From: an uncultured bacterium
GTDB taxonomy: Bacteria; Bdellovibrionota; JACOXK01; 2-02-FULL-40-11
Length of the DNA: 64,000 nt
Assembly (NCBI GenBank): GCA_964371555.1
Contig: CAYJMQ010000003.1
Span: forward strand, 1,290-65,289
Direction of reading: 5' to 3'
Position numbers and translations under genes: made by a program. The first letter of the stretch is position 1, and every line of letters starts with the position of its first letter. This document shows positions 27,258 through 35,872 of this stretch, piece by piece. The notes under the pieces are model-generated. The model had not been told where the DNA came from. It worked only from the letters and a program-made list of their open reading frames with translations, and ran no database searches.

Positions 27258-28614
27258 ATTGATAATCCTTTATCTTATTCTGAAGACTTTTTCTACTAAT
27301 TCCAAGCTTTTTTGCGGCCCGTGTGACATTGCCATGTGTTTCTTCCAGGGCTTTGAGAATCAGGTCTTTTTCGATTTTCTGTGTGGTTTCCTTGACGATT
27401 TTCTTAAATGAAGAAGAAGGGGATGGCATTGAGACCGCCAGAGGGGTATCTCCCGATATTTCTTTAGGGATGCTTTTTAGCGTTAATCGATCCCCTTCAT
27501 TAAGCAGAATCATTCTTTCAATGACATTTTCAAGTTGTCGAATATTTCCAGGCCACTCAAACTGGCTTAGAATTCTCATTGCCTGTTCGTCCATTCCCTG
27601 AATCTTTTTTCCCAGTTTTTTATTGTATTTTTCAATAAAAAAGTCAACCAGTGTCGGGAAATCTTCCAATCTTTCCCTAAGCGGCGGCAAATAAATGGGG
27701 ACCACATTTAACCGGTAGTAAAGATCTTCACGAAAGTTCCCCTTTTTGACCTCCTCCATGAGATCTTTGTTTGTTGCGGAGATGAGACGGATGTCGATTT
27801 TTATAGTGTGAATCCCCCCCACCCGCTCGATTTCACTATTCTGAAGAATCCTCAGAAGCTTTGCCTGCATTTCTTGGGAGATTTCGCCGATTTCATCGAG
27901 AAAAAGGGTTCCATGGTTGGCAAGTTCGAATCGTCCGGGCTTTGAAGTGACAGCGCCGGTAAATGCCCCTCTCTCATATCCAAAAAGTTCGCTCTCAATG
28001 AGCGTTGAGGGAATTGCCGAACAATTGATGGCGATAAAAGAGTTTTGAGACCGGGAGCTCCGGTTATGAAGCGCGCGCGCGACGAGTTCTTTGCCGGTTC
28101 CGCTTTCGCCGGTGATGAGCACTGTCGAAGGGCTATCTGAAACTTTTTGGATGATTTTTAAAACCTCCTTCATTTTGGGACTCTGACTGATGAGATCCGA
28201 ATGAATTTCAAGATCAGAGGGGGAACGCGATTTCGATTGATAGGTATTGATCGCCTTCTCGATCACCTGAACCATTTCCTGCTTCTCAAATGGCTTGGAA
28301 ATGTAATCAAATGCCCCGAGCTTTAATGCGCTTACCGCGGAGTCGACCGTTTCATGCGCGGTAATAATGATAACAGGGATATCCGGGTATTGATCGGAGA
28401 CCCTTTTTAAGAACCCCATCCCATCCAGATGAGGCATCCTGAGATCTGTGATAATTGTGTGAATTTCTTCTTTTTTCAGACAGGAGATTGCCTCCATGCC
28501 ATCGCGCGCTTCTGATGCCAAATACCCCTGTTGTTCAACAAGGGCTTTCAAAACCTTTCGGATATTCGTTTCGTCATCTACAATCAGAACACGGTCGCTC
28601 ATGATTTTTTGCAT
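27238..28614 (-). CDS. Sigma-54-dependent response regulator (NtrC family): receiver, AAA+ and Fis-type HTH domains.
   Basis: RVLIVDDETNIR receiver domain, ESGTGKELVARALH Walker A, a GAFTGA-like segment (RGAFTGAV), and a C-terminal HTH. Confidence 0.9.
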   Translation of the reverse strand: MQKIMSDRVLIVDDETNIRKVLKALVEQQGYLASEARDGMEAISCLKKEEIHTIITDLRMPHLDGMGFLKRVSDQYPDIPVIIITAHETVDSAVSALKLGAFDYISKPFEKQEMVQVIEKAINTYQSKSRSPSDLEIHSDLISQSPKMKEVLKIIQKVSDSPSTVLITGESGTGKELVARALHNRSSRSQNSFIAINCSAIPSTLIESELFGYERGAFTGAVTSKPGRFELANHGTLFLDEIGEISQEMQAKLLRILQNSEIERVGGIHTIKIDIRLISATNKDLMEEVKKGNFREDLYYRLNVVPIYLPPLRERLEDFPTLVDFFIEKYNKKLGKKIQGMDEQAMRILSQFEWPGNIRQLENVIERMILLNEGDRLTLKSIPKEISGDTPLAVSMPSPSSSFKKIVKETTQKIEKDLILKALEETHGNVTRAAKKLGISRKSLQNKIKDYQYGKKTK

Positions 28615-30620
28615 GGAAGTGTCATAATCAATTTTGTTCCTTTGCGCAATTCGCTTTCCATGCGAAAACCACCCTGATGCGCGCGAACAATTTTATGAGA
28701 AATCGCAAGCCCCAGTCCTGTCCCCCCCTCGCGCGTCGTAAAGAAAGGGATGAAAATCTTTTTTAGGTTTTCCTCCGAAATACCGATGCCTGTGTCTTCA
28801 AAGGTAATTTCAACATTATTTTTTATATTGCGCATTGAAATTTTAAGCTCCCCGCCATCCGGCATTGCCTGAATGGCATTTAGAATAATGTTCAAAAATA
28901 CCTGCTGAATCAGTGAAGGATCGACCACGGCAAAATAAGAATTGCCCAAATGTTGATACATGAGGTGAATGTTGGGCGGAAAGTCTCTTGAAATCATCTG
29001 GAGGGTGCTTCGCAGGAGTTCAGATAGATCTGTTTCCGCAAGGTTTTGTGACAGCGGTTTTGCGTAGTTTAAAAACCGGGACACAATTTTATTTAAGCGG
29101 TCGACTTCATTCACAATAATTTTTAAAAACTCGTTTTGAGTCGTATTTTCCTGTGTCGGCATCAAATATTGCGCCGCCCCTTTGATCGCGCCAAGCGGAT
29201 TTCTGATTTCATGCGCGAGGCCGGCGGCCATTTCCCCGACCGTTGCCAGCCGGTCGCGTTCACGGATTCTTTCGTAAATTTCCAGATTTTTCAGCGACAG
29301 CGCGATCTGACCCGAATGGGGGATCAAGAGTTCAAGATCTTTGGAGGGATAGGGTTCGTCCGATCGTTCATTGATAAAAGTGCAAAAGCCTATTATTTTT
29401 CCGTCAAGCACAAACGGAAAGGCCACCTCCGCGTTGAGAGACTGAAATATGGAGAGCGTGTTTTCAAGACGCTCCCGGTAGATGCCGGCCCCTTCCGCGA
29501 TTTCCCGATGGATAAAATAGGCGCTGCTCGGTTTGACGTTTCTTCCCGTGAGGTATTTGACAAAATCATGACTGATCATGACCTCGGATATTTTTGTTTT
29601 TGTAGGATCAATTTCAAGGGATTGAATGAGATTGAATTTAATCTCTTCGCGGTCGATCAGGAAAAAATGCGCCTGTGTCGCCTGAAGGATGTTTTTCAGA
29701 CCGACAAGGACATGGTGAGCGAGGTCCCGAAGGTCGCTGGTCTCTAAAAGCGAACGCTTGAGGCCCCCCAGCTGATTTTCGATTTTAAGCCGCCCTTTGA
29801 GGAAAAACTTTGATATGCCCCGTTCAATGAGCTGTTTGATCGGCTCAAAAAGAATAAGAATGACAAACGATGCCACAAACGTATTGAAAAAAAACAACGC
29901 GATTCCTTCAACCCATGCGACGAGGATGGCATAAATCAGGGTCAGCATGGCCGTGAGAACAAAGAAAAGAAACGCCTTGGCCGTCAGGTCTTCAAGGTCG
30001 AGAACTTTCTGTTTCGTGATGGTTTGATAGATGAAGTAGATGTAGAAAACGAGAAATAGATTTCCAACGGCAGGGAGCGGGAGCCCCATTTCAGAGAGGC
30101 GGTCCGAGATGAGCATCGTAAGCGTTACCAGTCCCGATGCGATGAAAGAGATTCTCTTTCGTCTTCCCTGGCGTCCCAGCTGGGAAAGTGTCAGCGTGCG
30201 GCTCAATAGATAAAACGCGTATAAGACGGATGCCACGGCATAGAGATTGGCGGCATGCATCGACCAATCAAGTCTATTCGATGGAAGCAGAAGTGTTGTG
30301 GAAAGAACGCAGCCTGACAAGATAAAAACAGTGAGTCTTTTTTCAATTTTTATCGGGATTTTTTCTTTTTCGATGTACTGCCAAAAGAAATAGATGGTGG
30401 CAGGTCCAAGAGTCATCGTTACGAAAAGATGAAACCGTTCGATCAATTCTGAGTAAAGAATCCGGGAAAAGAAGAATGAAAGATTCCAAATGGCCAATGC
30501 TGAACAAAGAATGGCAAACCAGCGATAATGCCTGTCCCTGAGTGACTTTGCGGAAATCACAATCGCAAACGCGAGCGCGGTGAACGAGCAGAGCAGCGAG
30601 CTGATGGTTAAGGTATTCAT
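28599..30620 (-). CDS. Membrane sensor histidine kinase (multi-TM sensor, HisKA, HATPase_c). Start placed at MNTLTISS.
   Basis: H-box LAHEIRNPLGAIKGA and G-box GTGLGLAISHKIV. The N-terminus has about seven hydrophobic helices. The six-frame ORF extends further upstream only because it reads through the 32-bp direct repeats. Confidence 0.8.
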   Translation of the reverse strand: MNTLTISSLLCSFTALAFAIVISAKSLRDRHYRWFAILCSALAIWNLSFFFSRILYSELIERFHLFVTMTLGPATIYFFWQYIEKEKIPIKIEKRLTVFILSGCVLSTTLLLPSNRLDWSMHAANLYAVASVLYAFYLLSRTLTLSQLGRQGRRKRISFIASGLVTLTMLISDRLSEMGLPLPAVGNLFLVFYIYFIYQTITKQKVLDLEDLTAKAFLFFVLTAMLTLIYAILVAWVEGIALFFFNTFVASFVILILFEPIKQLIERGISKFFLKGRLKIENQLGGLKRSLLETSDLRDLAHHVLVGLKNILQATQAHFFLIDREEIKFNLIQSLEIDPTKTKISEVMISHDFVKYLTGRNVKPSSAYFIHREIAEGAGIYRERLENTLSIFQSLNAEVAFPFVLDGKIIGFCTFINERSDEPYPSKDLELLIPHSGQIALSLKNLEIYERIRERDRLATVGEMAAGLAHEIRNPLGAIKGAAQYLMPTQENTTQNEFLKIIVNEVDRLNKIVSRFLNYAKPLSQNLAETDLSELLRSTLQMISRDFPPNIHLMYQHLGNSYFAVVDPSLIQQVFLNIILNAIQAMPDGGELKISMRNIKNNVEITFEDTGIGISEENLKKIFIPFFTTREGGTGLGLAISHKIVRAHQGGFRMESELRKGTKLIMTLPCKKS

Positions 30621-30710
30621 ATGCCCCCCTCTGTCCCAAGAGCGAGTGTGTCGGGTATTATAGAGCGGGGCATTTTGATGGCAATAGCTAGTTTTTGTGC
30701 TTTTCGCGAC

Positions 30711-30786
30711 AAAAACTATCCTGAGCGCAGCGAAGGATCGTGTGATGTTTGCCGAAACTATCCTGAGCGCAGCGAAGGATCGTGTG
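30711..30786. repeat. Two direct copies (period 42) of an internally palindromic element of about 32 bp (AAACTATCCTGAGCGCAGCGAAGGATCGTGTG).
   Basis: Identical copies at 30713-30744 and 30755-30786. Each contains an ATCCT...AGGAT inverted repeat. Confidence 0.7.
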
Positions 30787-30927
30787 CCCGGCATGGCACA
30801 AATACTTGGAGGTGAAAGTCCTCTGTGGATCTGATAGGAGGAACCACTAGCAGATATGATCGCACCATGATAATTGCCCCCATGGATGCCTCTCTGCACT
30901 CGGCTATCACAACACCAAAATTAGCAC

Positions 30928-30955
30928 TTGACATATGTATCCTATAGGATACAAT
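30928..30955 (+). promoter_or_regulatory. Sigma-70 promoter (TTGACA, 16-nt spacer, TACAAT) with a perfect 14-bp palindromic operator (TATCCTATAGGATA) overlapping the -10 element. Probable autoregulation site of the toxin-antitoxin operon.
   Basis: TTGACA 30928-30933, palindrome 30938-30951, TACAAT 30950-30955. The ATG is at 30965. Confidence 0.55.
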
Positions 30956-30964
30956 GGATATTAG

Positions 30965-31291
30965 ATGGATGTTAGGCCTCGAGAGCTTGTTGAATATGAA
31001 ACTGAGTCGGGTAACAGCCCCTTTTCTGAGTGGTTAAATTCTCTTAAGGACATAAATGCACGAGCAATCATCCGTAAACGCTTAAACAGGGTTCGCAATG
31101 GAAACTTCGGTAATACAAGGCATGTTGAAGATCAGGTTTATGAACTGAAGGTCTATTATGGGCCTGGATATCGGGTTTATTATGGCTTAGATGGTGACAC
31201 ACTTGTTGTTTTACTCTGTGGAGGAAGTAAAGGCTCTCAGGACAGAGACATCCAAAAAGCAAAGGAGTATTGGAAAGATTATTGGAGGTAA
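30965..31291 (+). CDS. Type II toxin of the addiction-module killer family (RelE/HigB-like; TIGR02683-type).
   Basis: FSEWLNSLKD...RLNRVRNGNFGNTRHV...VYELKVYYGPGYRVYYGLDGDTLVVLLCGGSKGSQDRDIQKAKEYW matches the addiction-module killer signature. Confidence 0.8.
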   Translation: MDVRPRELVEYETESGNSPFSEWLNSLKDINARAIIRKRLNRVRNGNFGNTRHVEDQVYELKVYYGPGYRVYYGLDGDTLVVLLCGGSKGSQDRDIQKAKEYWKDYWR

Positions 31292-31296
31292 AACCT

Positions 31297-31617
31297 ATGC
31301 CTAAAAGAACGAGAAAATATGAAGAGTCTTTAATTGAATCTTTAAAAGACTCTAAAGAAGCCTCAGCCTACTTAAATGCTCATCTTGAAGAGGCAGAAGA
31401 GGAAGATGCAGAAGAGCTTTTTTTGATGGCACTCCGAGATGTGGCAAAGGCCTATGGAATGACAGAGATTTCTGAGAGAACAGATCTAGGGCGTGAGAGT
31501 CTTTATAAAGCGTTATCTGAGTCTGGGAATCCTAAAATTAAAACTCTCTGGGTATTGCTCAATGCCATAGGTCTTCGTTTAATGGTTGAGCCAAAAAAGA
31601 AAACGGCAAAGCGATAA
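31297..31617 (+). CDS. Cognate antitoxin (HigA-like HTH; addiction-module antidote family, TIGR02684-type).
   Basis: LMALRDVAKAYGMTEISERTDLGRESLYKALSESGNPKIKTLWVLLNAIGLRL matches the antidote HTH family. ATG at 31297 preceded by GGAGG. Confidence 0.8.
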   Translation: MPKRTRKYEESLIESLKDSKEASAYLNAHLEEAEEEDAEELFLMALRDVAKAYGMTEISERTDLGRESLYKALSESGNPKIKTLWVLLNAIGLRLMVEPKKKTAKR

Positions 31618-31638
31618 ATTCGTGTTACTATAAATTCA

Positions 31639-32010
31639 ATGAAAAATTTATTTTCGACTGGCATTAGACATATCGCAATTCAGGTATCAGATTTAAATAA
31701 ATCAACAGATTTTTATATCAAACTGTTGGGTGCCAAGTACTGTGGTAAGGCAACTAACATGGTCTTTTTAATGCTTGGAGAAACTGACTTAACCCTTGAA
31801 CAAGCGAATAACTCAATAATTCAACCTTCTGGAATTGATCATTTTGGTTTTATTGTTGATAGAAAGACGGATGTTGATAAAGCAACTTCTTATTTGTCTG
31901 AGAATAATGTTGAAGTAATTTCTGGTCCTGCCGATCGTCCTGATGCTCGATTTATGATGTTTAAAGATCCTGATGGATATAAATTTGAATTGTTTTGTCC
32001 AAATAAATAA
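31639..32010 (+). CDS. VOC-family protein (glyoxalase/bleomycin-resistance/dioxygenase fold).
   Basis: IRHIAIQVSDLNKSTDFYIKLLGA N-terminal beta-alpha-beta-beta-beta module; 123 aa. Confidence 0.7.
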   Translation: MKNLFSTGIRHIAIQVSDLNKSTDFYIKLLGAKYCGKATNMVFLMLGETDLTLEQANNSIIQPSGIDHFGFIVDRKTDVDKATSYLSENNVEVISGPADRPDARFMMFKDPDGYKFELFCPNK

Positions 32011-32276
32011 CACATCTATTTCAAATTCATAATATTTTCTCTAAATGCTCTTACGTTGCCTGGATCCCGGGTCTCGCTACGCTCGCCCGGGATGACATAC
32101 TGACGACTACAACCTACAAGTGGTATCGGCATCTTTCCTGTCGCGAAGAGATCCCTCACTTCGTTCGGGATGACGACGGTCATTGTTACCTTATGAGCCG
32201 CGAACGGATCTGAAATGGATGGTGTCTGCATTTACTTTCCGTTGACGCGAACCTGTAATTTGATACAAGAAATCTT

Positions 32277-33164
32277 ATGGCAAAAAAGGTTGTCGGCATC
32301 ATCGGCGGTTCGGGTCTCTACGAAATCGAGGGGCTTAAAAACATCAGGCGAAAAAAACTTAAAACTCCTTTTGGAAATCCATCTGATGAATATGTGATCG
32401 GCGACGCTCAAGGAACAACGCTTGTTTTTTTACCCCGGCATGCCCGTGGCCATCTGATTCCCCCATCTCAAATTAATTACCGGGCAAACATTTTTGGAAT
32501 GAAACTTCTTGGGGTTCAATATCTGGTATCAATCAGCGCTGTCGGGAGTATGAAAGAGGAGATTTCCCCCGGCGATATTGTGATTGTCGATCAGTTTTTT
32601 GATCACACCAAAGGGATCAGAAAGCATACGTTTTTTGAATCTGGAATTGTCTCTCACGTCTCCTTTGGCGATCCTATCTGTCCCCAGTGGTCTGACAGCG
32701 TTTATGAGGCCGCGCAAAAGGTTTCCCAAGAGGTTTCCCAAAAGATTCCAAAGTCTGTTCATAAAGGGGGGACATATATCTGTATTGAAGGACCCCAGTT
32801 TTCAACACGGGCCGAATCAAAAATTTATCGATCATGGGGGGTAGATGTAATTGGGATGACCAATATCCCGGAAGCCAAGCTGGCCAGAGAGGCAGAGCTC
32901 TGTTATGCGGCGGTCGCTTTCTCAACTGATTACGATTCCTGGCGGGAAGGGGAGGAGGCGGTAACAGCCGATGTCGTATTGGCCACACTCAAAAAAAATG
33001 TCGATATGGCTAAAAAAATTGTCCAAAAGCTTCCTGAAGTTATTCCCTCTGCAGTGCACTGCTCTTGTGGTTCCGCTCTCAAATATGCCCTTGTGACCGA
33101 GCGGATTAAAATTTCAAAGAAGGTCAAAGATCAGCTGAAACCTTTGATAGGGAGATATTTATAA
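32277..33164 (+). CDS. mtnP: S-methyl-5-prime-thioadenosine phosphorylase (purine nucleoside phosphorylase family).
   Basis: VVGIIGGSGLYEIEG...PFGNPSDEYVIG...LPRHARGH..IPPSQINYRANIFGMKLLGV is the typical MTAP sequence. Confidence 0.85.
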   Translation: MAKKVVGIIGGSGLYEIEGLKNIRRKKLKTPFGNPSDEYVIGDAQGTTLVFLPRHARGHLIPPSQINYRANIFGMKLLGVQYLVSISAVGSMKEEISPGDIVIVDQFFDHTKGIRKHTFFESGIVSHVSFGDPICPQWSDSVYEAAQKVSQEVSQKIPKSVHKGGTYICIEGPQFSTRAESKIYRSWGVDVIGMTNIPEAKLAREAELCYAAVAFSTDYDSWREGEEAVTADVVLATLKKNVDMAKKIVQKLPEVIPSAVHCSCGSALKYALVTERIKISKKVKDQLKPLIGRYL

Positions 33165-33192
33165 ATAGGGTTTTTAAAAAAAAGGCTTATCT

Positions 33193-34104
33193 ATGAGCAT
33201 ACTTGTCGTTGGTTCAGTCGCGTTTGATTCCGTAAAAACCCCCTCTGGCGAAGTTGAAAATGTATTGGGGGGGGCGGCAAACTATTTTTCGATGGCGGCG
33301 CACTTTTTCTCTCCGGTTCGTCTTGTGGGAGTGGTTGGAGATGATTTTCCAAAAAGTCATATTGAATATTTGGAATCAAAAAAAATTTGCACCAAAGGGC
33401 TCAGTTGCGCCCCTGGGAAAACATTTCATTGGCGCGGGGAATATGGAGACGATCTATCCCAGGCGAAGACGCTTTCAACACACCTGAATGTTTTTGAGCA
33501 TTTTAATCCGGAGCTGCCGAAAGATTATCGGAAGACGGAATATCTGTTTCTCGCCAATATAGATCCCGATTTGCAGCTTCGTGTTTTGCAACAGATGGAA
33601 AAACCAAAACTCGTCATCTCAGATACGATGAATTTTTGGATTGATCGGAAACGGCCGGAGCTTGAACGGGTTTTGAGATCCGTTCATATCCTCTTGATCA
33701 ATGAGGGTGAGGCAAGACAGCTCACATCCCAAAACCATCTGATCGATGCCGCAAAAAAAATTCACGAACTGGGTCCATGGGGGGTTGTGATTAAGAGGGG
33801 GGAATACGGCTCCTTTCTCTATTTTGACGGAAAGATTTTTGCCCTCCCTGCCTACCCGGTCAAAGAGGTTCGTGATCCGACGGGGGCGGGGGATACCTTC
33901 GCGGGCGGATTTATTGGCTATTTGGCGAGAGAAAGGCGTCCGCTGGATGAAATGCTTTTAAAACGCGCCATGGCTTTCGGAACCATTCTTGCTTCTTTCA
34001 ATATCGAAGATTTCAGCTTCAACCGGCTCATGGAAATCAGCTGGTCTGACATCGAATCACGCTATCATCAACTTCTTTCGTCAGTTAATGACCAATCGGA
34101 TTAG
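33193..34104 (+). CDS. PfkB-family carbohydrate/nucleoside kinase (ribokinase fold).
   Basis: ILVVGSVAFDSV...LGGAANYF, and a C-terminal DPTGAGDTFAGGFIGYL anion-hole motif. Confidence 0.75.
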   Translation: MSILVVGSVAFDSVKTPSGEVENVLGGAANYFSMAAHFFSPVRLVGVVGDDFPKSHIEYLESKKICTKGLSCAPGKTFHWRGEYGDDLSQAKTLSTHLNVFEHFNPELPKDYRKTEYLFLANIDPDLQLRVLQQMEKPKLVISDTMNFWIDRKRPELERVLRSVHILLINEGEARQLTSQNHLIDAAKKIHELGPWGVVIKRGEYGSFLYFDGKIFALPAYPVKEVRDPTGAGDTFAGGFIGYLARERRPLDEMLLKRAMAFGTILASFNIEDFSFNRLMEISWSDIESRYHQLLSSVNDQSD

Positions 34105-35249
34105 AAATAAAGCATATACTCCAGATTCACCGTCGTCGCTTTTGCGACATTTTTTCCGGCGACGGGGAGTTGAAGATTGACGCCAAGCTCCATCGGAAGG
34201 GCAAATGTTCCTTGTCTGACCCAGGGGAGGGTCGAGAATCCCAGTCCCACATCAGCAATATGTCTTTGTTGGGCTGAGTTTTCCGAGAGGCGGGTTGTCG
34301 AGAGCCCCTCCGCGCTTTGATAACTGTCCTTTTGTTTGAAAAAATAGGCATAAGAGGTATTTACATTGAAAAGGGTTAAAAAAGTATATTGGGCATAAAT
34401 CGCGGCATCTAAAACATCCCCGAGATTTCTTTTTATATTTTCTTTGTTTGATGCAAACAGTTCGCCTTGTCCCGGCAGGCGCAGGAGCTCCTTATCAGGA
34501 AGCTGCACCGTATATTTTAAAAGCCCATTAACGAGAGTGTTGGGGAGTCCCGTATAGTCGGCAAGAAGCGTTGTGCCGAGATCCGTCTGTCCATCCCCGA
34601 ATGCGAGATCTGTGAGATTATCAGGATCGTCTGCGCGGCCTGTCGGAAGCCGAAAGCCGCTTTTCACCGCCAAAGAAAAGAGATCATTTCGCAGGAAAGA
34701 ATATTTCAGCCCCAGTTCCAGATCTCCCAAGCCAAATGCCTCCCAATTTCCAGGCCTTTGGTATCCTTTTTCAACTGCCAGATCTTCTGCAGCTTTGACA
34801 AAATCGACTGGCCCCAAAAGAGGATTGGCCTGTACCGCGTCCGGTTTATTGAATTTGAGCTCATAGATCGAATTCGCGGAAACAATCGGCGCAATAAGCC
34901 CCAGTGTCAGCCGATCTGACAAGCCATATTCCAAAGCGGTGCCCAAAACGAGGCTTGAAATTTTAAGCGATGGGGCAAATGATCCCAGACTATCCATGCC
35001 AAACGCAGCCATCGCGGCAGCCAGCTGGGGATTGAGTTTCGAAGCAAGATCGATATCAAGTGTAACTTCCAAATCCTTCACAAGATTGACCGCATTTCCC
35101 GTTTCATCAAATTTGGAACCAAACTCAAACGCGTAAATCGGCTTCATACGCGCGCGAAATCTCCCTTGAGGGAGCGTAATTGAATTTTCAGCGCTGGCGA
35201 TCACACTTATAAAAAGCCCTGAAATTAAAAAAAGATTTTTCATTTTCAT
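34101..35249 (-). CDS. Outer-membrane beta-barrel protein (hypothetical).
   Basis: Signal peptide MKMKNLFLISGLFISVIASA, alternating amphipathic beta-strands, and a C-terminal LEYMLYF with terminal Phe. Confidence 0.5.
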   Translation of the reverse strand: MKMKNLFLISGLFISVIASAENSITLPQGRFRARMKPIYAFEFGSKFDETGNAVNLVKDLEVTLDIDLASKLNPQLAAAMAAFGMDSLGSFAPSLKISSLVLGTALEYGLSDRLTLGLIAPIVSANSIYELKFNKPDAVQANPLLGPVDFVKAAEDLAVEKGYQRPGNWEAFGLGDLELGLKYSFLRNDLFSLAVKSGFRLPTGRADDPDNLTDLAFGDGQTDLGTTLLADYTGLPNTLVNGLLKYTVQLPDKELLRLPGQGELFASNKENIKRNLGDVLDAAIYAQYTFLTLFNVNTSYAYFFKQKDSYQSAEGLSTTRLSENSAQQRHIADVGLGFSTLPWVRQGTFALPMELGVNLQLPVAGKNVAKATTVNLEYMLYF

Positions 35250-35301
35250 CGATACCTCCTGTTTTTTTCAGCCTCTCCTAAGCTGTTGCACTTCTTGATC
35301 C

Positions 35302-35802
35302 TCACCCCGGTTTAAATTCAGGAACCCCTTCTTCGGCCTTAAAAAGAGCGAAGGGGGGTTCTTTGGTCAAAGATGCGATCCGGCGTGAAAGTTCAACCAG
35401 TTCGTTTTTGACAAATCCAATCGTCACAAAATCAATTTTTTGACTACCGAGAATTAAAAAAGCTGTTGGAACCGTTGTGAGATGGTATTTTTTGGAAACC
35501 AGATATGGAGCGGGATCCGGAATCATTGGAAAGGTAATTCCATATTGAGTCGCAAATTCTTTTGTCTCCGGATCCTGACCGATGCCAAAAATCCTAAATT
35601 TTTTCCCATACTGTTTATGAAGCCTTTCAAAAAAGGGATATGCCAGTTGACACGTTGGGCAGGTTTTTTTGTAAAACGTAAGAAGAAGCGGCCCTGCGGG
35701 CGGCGACCCTGCGGGGTGCGGCCCTTCTTTGAGCGCTTTTGAAAGCGTAAATGATGAGAGCGTAAAATCCGGGGCTTTGCTTCCTGCTTTAAAATCTGTC
35801 AT
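35302..35802 (-). CDS. Thioredoxin-fold protein (redoxin/TlpA-like) with a CPTC active site.
   Basis: LLLTFYKKTCPTCQLAYPFFERL in a thioredoxin-like context. Confidence 0.6.
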   Translation of the reverse strand: MTDFKAGSKAPDFTLSSFTLSKALKEGPHPAGSPPAGPLLLTFYKKTCPTCQLAYPFFERLHKQYGKKFRIFGIGQDPETKEFATQYGITFPMIPDPAPYLVSKKYHLTTVPTAFLILGSQKIDFVTIGFVKNELVELSRRIASLTKEPPFALFKAEEGVPEFKPG

Positions 35803-35872
35803 TTGCGTTTAGAGACTATAAGGAACATTTTTTGAGAAGACAAGATTTTTTTGTTTTGCTATAAAAATAACA

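Noticed and set aside
30711-30786. Possible CRISPR array
   Set aside because: Only two repeat copies with a 10-bp spacer and no cas genes. It does not fit CRISPR architecture.
30796-30812. Second sigma-54-like motif TGGCAC-N5-CTTGG
   Set aside because: The -12 element has G instead of the critical C (TTGG versus TTGC), and there is no suitably placed downstream gene because the TA operon has its own sigma-70 promoter.
30621-30899. N-terminal extension of about 93 aa on the histidine kinase ORF, and the plus-strand ORF at 30621-30815
   Set aside because: Both simply read through the duplicated 32-bp palindromic repeat (giving the repeated peptide SFAALRIV). The kinase has a good Met followed by TM helices at 30620, so the upstream extension is treated as non-coding.
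32016-32231. 71-aa minus-strand ORF in the GC-rich island
   Set aside because: No recognisable family, and the RBS sits only about 3 nt from the ATG. Reported as part of a candidate RNA or remnant finding rather than as a gene.
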